A stretch of 64,000 nt of DNA from an uncultured Acidimicrobiaceae bacterium (GTDB lineage: Bacteria > Actinomycetota > Acidimicrobiia > Acidimicrobiales > RAAP-2): NCBI GenBank assembly GCA_963804255.1, contig CAWDPK010000006.1, positions 126,559 to 190,558 on the forward strand, written 5' to 3'. Positions within the stretch are counted from its first letter, which is position 1. Every line of letters starts with the position of its first letter. Positions 46,614 to 55,116 of the stretch are shown here, one piece after another. The translations under genes were made by a program, and so were the position numbers. The notes under the pieces were generated by a model. The model did no database searches. It was not told the DNA's origin and saw only the letters and a list, made by a program, of their open reading frames with translations.

Positions 46614-47581
46614 CGCGCCCAATGAGGTCGGCCATCGCCGACTCCCAGGAGTCCTCCAGCTGGTCGAAGGGCCCTCCGAGGTCGACCGAGCGCCCCCGGG
46701 TCGCCCGGGCCAACAGGAACTCAAGCGATTTCATCCCGACAGCCAGGGACCGGAAGTGCTCGGCGGCCGCCGGGACGGCCGGCTCGGCCCCGTCGTGGCG
46801 GCCCAGCCACTCGGCAAGGTCGGCGGCCAGTTCCGCGTTGGCCCCGCACTGGCGGACCGTGCCGAACGCGTAGCGGTGGAAGACGTCGATGTCCTCGGCC
46901 CGGAGCCACGGCAGGTCCTCTTCCAATCGCTTGCGCAGGCGGGCGACCGGGTTGGTGGCCGGGCGCCTGTCCAGGTGGTCCCGGGCCAGCTCCAGCGCGG
47001 CGGCGACCGGCACCGCGGCCGGGTCGCGGATCGCGTCGAGGCGGACCGTCTCGACATAGGGCGGCAGCACCGCCGGCTCGTGCGCCCCGAGCCCGAACAG
47101 CGCGTCGAAGTCGTCGCCGCCGAGCTCGTAGTACGAGGTGTTGTGGAAGTACCCGAGTGCCCGGTCTTCCACATCGATCATCTGGACCATGACCGTCGTC
47201 TTCTGGTGGCCGCAGTGGTAGGTGAGCCCGGCCGTGTCGGGCAGATGCCAGGCGTCGACGTCGATCGTGACCATGCGGCGGGCGGACACCAGCTCGACCA
47301 CGTGATCGACGAGCGGGCGCCAGACGTTGAGCTCGTCGAACTCCACGCCGAAGAGCACCCGGAGGTCCTCGGCGGCGAACTTGAACATCCGCCACTGGTC
47401 GCCGTCGAAGTCGGCAGCTCAGGGTGAACCCCATCGCCGCTATCGGGTCGAAGCCGAGCGCGTGCAGCGCCTCGATCCACAGGTCGGCCGCGCAGTTGGT
47501 CTCTTGGAAGATCCGGGACTGCCCGTGCACCCGATGGGGCCGATAGGTGGCCGGTTCGAGCGAGAGGACCTCGTGTCTCAC
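46603..47581 (-). CDS. DUF1839 family protein, 1-nt frameshift near 47420
   Basis: The GTG at 47581 overlaps the ligase stop (GTGA). RIFQETNCAADLWIEALHALGFDPIAAMGFTLS, then in the next frame DFDGDQWRMFKFAAEDLRVLFGVEFDELNVWRP...IDVDAWHLPDTAGLTYHCGHQKTTV..LGYFHNTSYYEL. The family assignment is from my memory of DUF1839 motifs. Confidence 0.6.
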
Positions 47582-48494
47582 GGGAAGAGCTGCGCGCGTA
47601 CCGAGCCGGGCCAGTCGGCCGGGTCGAGCCCGTGGCGCACCAAGAGCGCCACGGTGATGCGGTCCACCCCGAAGGCGACGCAGGCGCTGTGGGCGATCTC
47701 GCCGGTCGCGGTCTCGATGTGGAAGGGCAGCCCGAAGTGGTCGCGGTGGCAGTTGGCCGACATGATGGCGGTCGGATGCTCCGGCGAGTAGATGGGGCTC
47801 ACGTCCCTCCAACTTCAGCTCCTCTTCGAGCTGACCGGCCGCCAGCGCCGAACCGAGCCGACCGAAGAACGGGTCGTTGGCCGGGACCGGGGTCACGTCG
47901 AGCCCGAGCTCTCTCAGCAAGTTGAGCCCGTGTGCAAGGCCCTCGTCGCGGTGGCGCTGGGCCTCGTCGGGGTCGCCCACGTAGACGACCTCGTGCATGT
48001 TGAAGGCCTGCATGCGAGCCGGGTCGGCGCTCGGTTCGTGGCGGAAGCAGAACCCGCTGACCTCGTAGCGCCGGCCGCCGGCGGGCAACCGGCCCGATGC
48101 ACATGGGGTAGAGGGCGTGACAGGCCGCCGACGAGAGCACGACCTCGCCCGGGTCGAGCAGGGCCGGCCAGTCGCCTGTCGGCCTCCACGCGCCGCAGCA
48201 GCTCGGCGTGGTCACGGTCGTTGCCCCGAAAGACGTGCACCGACCCCATGAGATCGGGGAACGACTGGAGGTAGTTGGTCGAGTCGAACGTGCGCGCGGG
48301 CCAGCACCGGGGGGAGATGCACCATCGTCGCCCCGAGCCCGCGGCCCCACCGATGCACCATGCGAGTCGATCGCGTTGACGATCCCCTGGTAGGTCTCCG
48401 AGCGACCGTAGAGGCCCTCGACCCCGGTGGGGAAGAGGAGCTCGGCGTCGAGCAACCGGTCGCGTAACTCGCGGTGGGGATCGGGGCCGGCCAC
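47578..48494 (-). pseudogene. amino acid--[acyl-carrier-protein] ligase (truncated SerRS-like class II synthetase homolog), about 5 frameshifts
   Basis: Pieces in three frames: LLFPTGVEGLYGRSETYQGIVNAID / VHLPPVLARA / RTFDSTNYLQSFPDLMGSVHVFRGNDRDHAELLRRVEA / GDWPALLDPGEVVLSSAACHALYPM / GGRRYEVSGFCFRHEPSADPARMQAFNMHEVVYVG...ANDPFFGRLG...EEELKLE / SPIYSPEHPTAIMSANCHRDHFG...AHSACVAFGVDRITVALL. There is no tRNA-binding arm. Confidence 0.75.
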
Positions 48495-48496
48495 GA

Positions 48497-49648
48497 TCAG
48501 GATTCCTTGTAGATCAGTAGCAGCTGCGCGTTGTCACCCAAGATCCGGTCGTTGTTGACCATCAGCGCCGCACCGTGCGCGTCTCGCAGCAGCCGACCCA
48601 TGGCGAACGGCGAGCGTTGGCTGTAACCGGCCATGCCGCAGATGCCGAGCGCGCGGGTGACGATGTCGACGACCAACGTGGACGCGGCCACCTTCAACGA
48701 GTTGAACGACAGACGCGAAGCCCATCGACTGGTCTTCGCCGCGGGCCCGGTGGTCGAAGCGTTCCGCCGAGGCACGCACCATCGCACTCGAGCTGCTGGT
48801 GCACGACGACCATCTCGGCCAGGCGCTGCGCCCCGGCCGGGGTGGTGCCGGGGTTCTTGCGGGCCTCGCCCTGGACGAAGTTGCGGGCCTTGGCCAGCGC
48901 CGCCGAGGCGAGGCCCAACCACACGAAGGCCCACAGCACGTGGGACACCGGCAGCATGGTCCGCCGCGGCGATGTCGCCGAACGGATCGGTCAGCACCTG
49001 GTCGAGATCGCCCTCGGCCCGCAGCACGAACCCGGGGCTGCAGGTGCCACGGAATCCGAGGGTGTCCCACTCGGTGGTCTGCTCGAGCACGAGGCCCGGA
49101 GGGGTGCAAAGGACGAGCACCTGGTCGCTCGGCGGCGCGTCGGGGCCGCGCCGACAGGTGGCGAGGATGGCGTCGGCGTGGGACCCGTAGGAGATGACGC
49201 CAGCCTGCTTCTCCAGCGTGAAACGGTTCCCGATGGCTTCCAGCGCGCACTTGCTGGTGCGCAGCTGGCCGCCCACCCCGACCTCGGTGGTGGCCGAAGC
49301 GAGCAGGAGCTGACGGTCGGCCACCTCGGCGAGGAAGGTGCGCAGCACCTGGTTGTGGCCGTGCGCGGCCAGGCAGGCCACCTGGAGGTGGTGCATCGCC
49401 AGGATCATGGCGCTCGACGAGCATCGCCGCGAGAGCGCCGTGATCGCGTCACCGGTCTCGCTCATCGTGGCGCCCAACCCACCGAGCTCGATTGGCACCA
49501 ACGCGCCCAGCACGCCGGCCGCCTTCAGCCCCTCGATCGTCTCGACAGGGAAGCGGGCCTGGCCGTCGACGTCATCGGCGTTGGGCGCGGCGAACTCGTC
49601 CGCGATGTGGGTGACGACCTCGAGCATCTCGGCGCGGACGACGGTCAC
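48497..49648 (-). pseudogene. acyl-CoA dehydrogenase family protein, about 3 frameshifts (near 48960, 48787, 48720)
   Basis: The GTG at 49648 overlaps the carrier-protein stop (GTGA). FPVETIEGLKAAGVLGALVPIELGG, LLLASATTEVGVGG, TEWDTLGFRGTCSPGF. The mid part WAFVWLGLASAALAKARNFVQGEARKNPG is in another frame. C-terminus: GICGMAGYSQRSPFAMGRLLRDAHGAALM. Confidence 0.8.
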
Positions 49649-49908
49649 GCCGTCACCGACCGCAGCTGGATCAAGGCGGCCTCGATCGCTGCCACCGACT
49701 CAAAGGTGGCCTTGCGGAGCATCGCCTCGGGGAACTCGATGTCGAAGGCGTCCTCCAGGGCCAGCATGACGTTCACGCTGGCGTGCGAGGTCATGCCGGC
49801 CCGGAACAGGTCGTCTTGGTCATCGAGCGTGGCCATGTCGACCGGCAGGCGGGCGTGTTCGCTCAGCACTCGGCGGATCTGGTCCCTCATGGTCGGCTCC
49901 TCAGTCAT
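49645..49908 (-). CDS. acyl/aminoacyl carrier protein
   Basis: The ATG at 49908 overlaps the AcpS stop (ATGACTGA). 87 aa, with DDLFRAGMTSHASVNVMLALEDAFDIEF (phosphopantetheine Ser in GMTSH). Confidence 0.8.
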   Translation of the reverse strand: MTEEPTMRDQIRRVLSEHARLPVDMATLDDQDDLFRAGMTSHASVNVMLALEDAFDIEFPEAMLRKATFESVAAIEAALIQLRSVTA

Positions 49909-50332
49909 TGCGGCGTTCCATTGTCGGCTGTCCGTCATAGCCAGACGCGGACCCGCTCACCACGACCGCCGCCGCGAGTCCGGCCTCATGGGTCATGCTC
50001 AAGGAGAACGGCCCGAGGCCCCGCTCCACGGCCAGCCGGGCCGCCGAGCCGCGCAGGCGGAGCTTGCACGCCCCGCTCGGGAGCCTGACCACCTCGATGG
50101 TGCGCCAGTCGGGCCGCACTCCGTCTGGTCGCAGCACCTTGATGGTCGCCTCCTTGGCGGCAAAGCGCGCCGCCAAGGATCCCGCTGCGACCTCGGGAGG
50201 GCCCTGGCAACAGGAGATCTCGTGCTCGGTGTACACGCGGCGCAGGTAGCGGTCGCCGAAGTGCCTCACTGAGCGCGCGACCTCGGCGATGTCCACCAGG
50301 TCGACCCCGACAGAGAGGTCTCCCGACGTCAT
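49901..50332 (-). CDS. acpS: holo-[acyl-carrier-protein] synthase (4'-phosphopantetheinyl transferase, AcpS type)
   Basis: ATG 50332. VGVDLVDIAEVARSV, SLAARFAAKEATIKVL, IEVVRLPSGACKLRL, LSMTHEAGLAAAVVV. It is in frame with the upstream flippase C-terminal segments, with no intervening stop. Confidence 0.8.
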   Translation of the reverse strand: MTSGDLSVGVDLVDIAEVARSVRHFGDRYLRRVYTEHEISCCQGPPEVAAGSLAARFAAKEATIKVLRPDGVRPDWRTIEVVRLPSGACKLRLRGSAARLAVERGLGPFSLSMTHEAGLAAAVVVSGSASGYDGQPTMERRND

Positions 50333-51827
50333 GGCGCCGGTCCGATCACCGCGGCCGTCGGCGGTTCGGCCGTCGGCTTGGACATCGACGAACGGATCAG
50401 ACTCGAAGATGCGTCCGATCTCGGCCCGCATCGAGGGCAGGAGCACCAGCACGATCGGAGCCAGGAGCAAGAGCGCCCACGGCATCGCCACCAGCGGGAA
50501 CAGCACCGGTGGGGCGAGTACGGCCACCCACGGGAGAATCTTCTTGTAGCTGAACCTGAACATCTTGCGGACCACGTGGTCGGCGTAGATGAGGTCCACC
50601 AACCCGATCAGCCAGGCCACCCCGTAGCCGTCAAGCCCGATCCTCTTCACCAACACGACCGCGGCGATCCACGAGCGCGATGGTATGGATGGCCATCACG
50701 CCGGTGACAGCCATGTTGCGGCCCCGGCTGTAGAGGAAGGTGGTCTGGATGAAGCCGGACGCCCCCAGCACGGCCGCCAGGGTCAGCAGGCTGTAGAGGG
50801 GGACGGCCTTGGACCACTGGTGGCCGAAGAGGGCCGGCACGAGCCAGCGGGCGGCCACGCCAAAGCAGGCGAGCGGGATGGCCAGCGCAAGCAGCTGGAG
50901 CAGCGACCCCTCCTCGATCGAGTAGCGAAGCCGGCTCTTCTCCTCACTGCCGACTCGCGACATCGCGACCATGCCGAGCCGGTAGGCGCCTCGCTGAGCG
51001 AATCCCATGGTGTCGACCAGGCGTTGGGCGAACGCGACGAACCCGACCCCGGCCGCACCGAAGAAGGTTCCGACGACGAGCGGGTTCACCAGGTCACCGA
51101 GCCGGCTGGCCCACTGGGCGGTCGAGTAGCCGAGGCCGTGGCGAGCCATGTCGCGGATCGCCGATGCCGACCAGTCCCAACGCAACCGGAGCCCCGAGGT
51201 GGCCAAGCTGGCCACGAACAGCCACGTCTGCCAGGCGAAATACCCCGCGATGAGCGACCACGCCTTCGCACCCAGGAACGCCAACGGGATCGCCGTCCCG
51301 TACAGCACCACGTCGCCCCCGAGTTCGATCAGCCCCATCAGGCGATAGCCGAAGCGACGTTCGATGGCCGCCTGGGAGGGCGCCCACAGCACGTTGACCG
51401 GGATGCTGAGCAAGAGGACCCGAAGGGGCAGGAGCACGCCGATCGGGCGCAGCAGGCCGCCCAACGCGAACGTGAGCCCCTCGGAGAACCCGGTGGCGAC
51501 GACCGAAGTGACCAAGAGCAGCGTGAAGGCCTGGTTGTAGTGGCGCGCCACCACCTCCCCGGTCATCCGGATCAGGTAGACCTCGAGCCCCATCTGGGCG
51601 AGGGTCGCCACGAACAGCACGAACGCCGCCGCGCCGCTGTAGATCCCGTAGGGCCCCGGTCCGATCAAGCGAACGACGAGGACGACGCCCACGAGACGGA
51701 TGACCATCCCGATGGCCTCCCGGCCGACCAGATAACCGCCTCCCCGGACCGCCAGCTGACCGAGCGATCGGTGTTCGGTCGGTCCGGTGGGCTCCGGTGC
51801 GTCCGGGACCTGTGGGGGCTGGGACAC
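50333..51827 (-). CDS. polysaccharide flippase (MOP superfamily, Wzx-like), 1-nt frameshift near 50655
   Basis: GTG 51827. 12 or more TM segments. LAVRGGGYLVGREAIGMVIRLVGVVLVVRLIGPGPYGIY. The last TM helices (IAAVVLVKRIGLDGYGVAWLIGLVDLIY...LLLLAPIVLVLLP) are in the frame of ORF 49901..50656. Confidence 0.8.
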
Positions 51828-51863
51828 CTTCCTCCTTGCGCGCTACGGCCGGACAGGCCGGTG

Positions 51864-53267
51864 TCATCGCCCGCGCAGCTGGTCAGCGGCCTGACGAAGG
51901 AGGTCTTCGGCTGTGACCATGCTGCCGGCGCTCGCCGACGCGATGGAGGAACGGGCCAGCAACCCGCCGGTGCTCGACTCGATGCCGGCGGTGAGCGAGG
52001 TCACCGACCGCTGACGGATCGTGTCGAGGTCGACGGCGCCGGGCCGCAGGTCGACCAGGACGGCAAACAGCGCCGGGCCGATACGGGCCACCATGTCGCG
52101 GTCGCGCAGGTGATTGGTCAAGCGACCGGCCACCGTCATCAACGCGGACGGGCTCAGCGGCTCGGTGCCGTTGGACGGCGACACCTCGACGAGGATCAAC
52201 CCCACCATGCCCTCGTTGTTGCGGACGTGGGCGAGGGAGGCGCTCAGCCTTCCGACCAGCCTCGTCAACGTGGCCAACCCGGTGACGGGATCCGGGCCGA
52301 GCAAGGCATCGAGGTCATCGCCGACCGCGGCGGGCGCGATAACGACCGGCTCGTCTTGGCGAGTCCCGAAGGTGGACGGCGTCTCGGAAGCGACTACCGG
52401 CGTCACGGGGAACGCCTCCGGCGGGGCCGGGGCCGGGGCCGGCGACGGCACGGCGGCCTCGACCCACTCGATCTCGTCGAGACCGAGGAACTCCCAGTCG
52501 TCGGGGCGACTGGCCTGGCTCGGCGCGGCCGATCCCCATCCGCCACCGGTCGGCACGAACGCATCGGCGGCCTGGTCGAGCGGGTGCTCGTCCACCACGT
52601 CGTCGAGGGGCTCGTCGAAGTGGGTCGAGGTTTCCGGCTCCATGTAACCGATCAGCGGGGGAGAGGCCGGAGGTTCGGAGGTCGGCGCGGCGGCGTTGGT
52701 GACGAACGGTGTCTCGACCATCGGCTCGTAGGCCGGCGGGGCGGGCTCGGGTGCCGGTTCCGGCACGGCCGGGGCGGCTTGTGCAGTGAACGTCGTCGCG
52801 CCCTCGAGAACCTGCTGGCGGGCCCGAAGGTACGAGGTGAGTCGGCCGGCGAGGTTGCCGAGGAGGTTCAGCTGGTCCTGCTCGAAGTGGCCGGCCAGCG
52901 GTTCGGCAACGCACAGGAGCCCCCAGGGGTGATCGGGCGCCTCGGGGTCGCTCAGCGCGGCCGCGGCGAGCTTGATGTGGTGACCCTGGCCGGTCCACAT
53001 GCCCTTCAGGACGCGTCCGCTTCGCACGAGCACGGTGCCGCCGGTCAAGTGCGGGTCTTCCCAGGTCTGGCGGACCAGCTCGTCGATCGCCTCGACCGAC
53101 CAGCTGGGGTCCGCGGTCAGCGAGGGAAAGGTCGCGATCGCGAAGCCACCGTCGGCCTTGCGCAGCGCCGCGAACGCCAGCGAGACACCGCACTGGGTCT
53201 TGGCCATCCGCAGAAGATGGCCGACTCCGCCGTGGGCTCCGTTGCTGCTTCCTTGGTCCTCAGTCAT
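51864..53267 (-). CDS. GAF domain / Pro-rich linker / degenerate GGDEF domain protein
   Basis: N-terminal GAF-like region (GVSLAFAALRKADGGFAIATF...WGLLCVAEP). A roughly 130-aa Pro/Ala/Glu-rich linker. C-terminal DPVTGLATLTRLVGRLSASL...GLILVEV...RDRDMVARIGPALFAVLV, where GGDEF is replaced by IGPALF. Confidence 0.7.
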   Translation of the reverse strand: MTEDQGSSNGAHGGVGHLLRMAKTQCGVSLAFAALRKADGGFAIATFPSLTADPSWSVEAIDELVRQTWEDPHLTGGTVLVRSGRVLKGMWTGQGHHIKLAAAALSDPEAPDHPWGLLCVAEPLAGHFEQDQLNLLGNLAGRLTSYLRARQQVLEGATTFTAQAAPAVPEPAPEPAPPAYEPMVETPFVTNAAAPTSEPPASPPLIGYMEPETSTHFDEPLDDVVDEHPLDQAADAFVPTGGGWGSAAPSQASRPDDWEFLGLDEIEWVEAAVPSPAPAPAPPEAFPVTPVVASETPSTFGTRQDEPVVIAPAAVGDDLDALLGPDPVTGLATLTRLVGRLSASLAHVRNNEGMVGLILVEVSPSNGTEPLSPSALMTVAGRLTNHLRDRDMVARIGPALFAVLVDLRPGAVDLDTIRQRSVTSLTAGIESSTGGLLARSSIASASAGSMVTAEDLLRQAADQLRGR

Positions 53268-53690
53268 CGTGGTGTCAACGCCTCCTGCTCCTTCGAGGGA
53301 CCCCGGGGGGAGGGTCCTCGGTCCATCGATTGGGTGTTACCAGTTCCCGGTCAGCCCCGCTCGATGTACCCGCTCGTTGCGAGCAGCGTACGAATTTTGC
53401 GTCCCACGGCCGTTTCCCCCATGTCCCAGCCCTGGTCGGAGGGCCGTCTGCGGCCTCCGGTCCCGTCCCCAGCCGCCTGGCCAGGACCGATGGTTGGCGG
53501 CGGCCACGGTCCGAGAGCCCGCCGGTGGGGGAGCGGGGAACAAGGATCAAGGACCCAATTTGCCTCGGATGCCTCGGGGCCCGGTGAGCGGACACTTCGC
53601 CTGAGCGGGCTCAGACAGCCTCGAGGAAGACTTGGAGAAAAGCGGGTACCCACTAGAGAGGTATTACCTCGTCGCCGTCGCGGCACCCAG

Positions 53691-53714
53691 GTACCTGAAG
53701 CCCACGTACCTGAA
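53691..53714. promoter_or_regulatory. 9-bp direct repeat gtacctgaa (x2, 15-nt register) in a divergent intergenic region
   Basis: Copies at 53691..53699 and 53706..53714, between the minus-strand polysaccharide operon start (53267) and the plus-strand DUF5996 gene. Confidence 0.25.
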
Positions 53715-53826
53715 AAAGCACCCGACGAGGCCGGCTCTCGGTCCAGCGCCAGCTCAGTGACGCCGATCATATAGTGGCTCCGCGCCGGTCCATCGGGTTT
53801 CACAACAATGGGTGAGGGGATCAGCG

Positions 53827-54756
53827 ATGGAAGAGAAGGGGTGGCCGGGCCTTCCCTATGAGGAGTGGCGCGCGACGTGCGGCACGCTTCACATGTACAC
53901 GCAGGTGATCGGCAAGCTCCGCCTGGCCCTCAGCCCGTTCGAGCCCGAATGGGCCCACGTCGCCCTGTACGTGACCGCACGGGGGCTGACCACCTCGCCC
54001 ATCCCGGTCGGGCTGCGGACGATCGACGCCGAGTTTGACCTGGTCGAGCACGTGTTGGTGGTTCGCTGCAGCGACGGCTCGGTCGGCCGACGGCCGCTCG
54101 GGGGCTCGGTCGCGGATTTCTACGCCGACCTCACCGCAATGCTGCAACGGATGCGCGTCGACGTCGCCATTTCGGTGCTGCCCTCGGAGGTTCCCGATCC
54201 GATCCCGTTTCCCGACGACCGCACCCATGACACCTACGAACCGTCCCAGGTGGATCGGTTCTTCCAGGTGCTCACCAAGGTCGACGCCACCATGAAGGAG
54301 CACCGGGCGAGGTTTCGGGGACGCACCACGCCGGTGCACTTCTTCTGGGGGACCTTTGACCTCGCGCTGACCCGCTACTCGGGGCGCCCGGCCGAGCCGG
54401 CGCGAGGGGCCGGGGTGATCGCCCGGGTGAGTGGCGACGCCGAGGAGATCTGCGCCGGCTGGTGGCCGGGCAACGACCAGATCCCGTATCCGGCGTTCTA
54501 CGCCTACGCGCATCCACAGCCCGGGGGCATCGAAGGCGCCCCGGTCCGGCCGGACCAAGGGGCATGGAGTCCCGACGCACGCGAGTTCCTGCTGCCCTAT
54601 GACGCCGCTCGTTCGGCCGCCGATCCGCGCCGGGCCATCCTCGACTTCCTCGAGAGCACCTATGCGGGCGCCGCGGCGCTCATGAAATGGGATCGTGATC
54701 TCACCAACGTCACCGCACCAGCACCGGTCGGTGACCGAAGTGATTCGCCTCGATAG
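53827..54756 (+). CDS. DUF5996 family protein
   Basis: GAGGGGA SD before ATG 53827. WRATCGTLHMYTQVIGKLRLALSP, ALYVTARGLTTSPIP, TPVHFFWGTFDLALTRYSGR, FYAYAHPQPGG. Confidence 0.75.
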   Translation: MEEKGWPGLPYEEWRATCGTLHMYTQVIGKLRLALSPFEPEWAHVALYVTARGLTTSPIPVGLRTIDAEFDLVEHVLVVRCSDGSVGRRPLGGSVADFYADLTAMLQRMRVDVAISVLPSEVPDPIPFPDDRTHDTYEPSQVDRFFQVLTKVDATMKEHRARFRGRTTPVHFFWGTFDLALTRYSGRPAEPARGAGVIARVSGDAEEICAGWWPGNDQIPYPAFYAYAHPQPGGIEGAPVRPDQGAWSPDAREFLLPYDAARSAADPRRAILDFLESTYAGAAALMKWDRDLTNVTAPAPVGDRSDSPR

Positions 54757-54767
54757 GGAGGACAGCG

Positions 54768-55064
54768 ATGACCGACACGTGCACCCATCTCGACCAGATC
54801 TTCGACGTCGAGCCCTCCGGAACCGGTTGCGTGGATTGTCTGGCCGCCGGCCGCCACGACTGGGTCCACCTGCGGATGTGCCAGGAGTGTGGTCACGTGG
54901 GCTGCTGTGACAGCTCTCCGGGAAGGCATGCGACCGCCCACTACCGCGCGGTCGGGCACATGATCATCCGGTCGTACGAGCCGGGCGAGGACTGGTACTA
55001 CTGCTACGTCGATGACCTTGTCTTCGAGCTCGAAGACGCACCTCCGGCGCCCTCGCATCCCTAA
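54768..55064 (+). CDS. UBP-type zinc-finger domain protein
   Basis: GGGAGGA SD. CTHLDQI...GCVDCLAAGRHDWVHLRMCQECGHVGCCDSSPGRHATAHYRAVGHMIIRSYEPGEDWYYCY. Confidence 0.8.
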   Translation: MTDTCTHLDQIFDVEPSGTGCVDCLAAGRHDWVHLRMCQECGHVGCCDSSPGRHATAHYRAVGHMIIRSYEPGEDWYYCYVDDLVFELEDAPPAPSHP

Positions 55065-55116
55065 GAACTACCTCACCCAGCGCTGAACGTTTTCGATCGG
55101 CGCCCCACGGCCCTCA

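Noticed and set aside
44766-46625. 619-aa plus-strand ORF
   Set aside because: It is antisense to the GH2 gene, low complexity, with no motifs.
46721-48088. 455-aa ORF spanning the ligase and DUF1839
   Set aside because: It is chimeric. The first 95 aa or so are genuine ligase sequence, a short internal stretch is the genuine DUF1839 N-terminus, and the rest is Arg-rich out-of-frame read-through.
50685-53774. Longest ORF in the window (1029 aa, plus strand)
   Set aside because: It runs antisense to the flippase and the GAF/GGDEF-like genes. The translation is R/G/E/D/H/P-rich low complexity with no motifs. This is a typical stop-free shadow frame in high-GC DNA.
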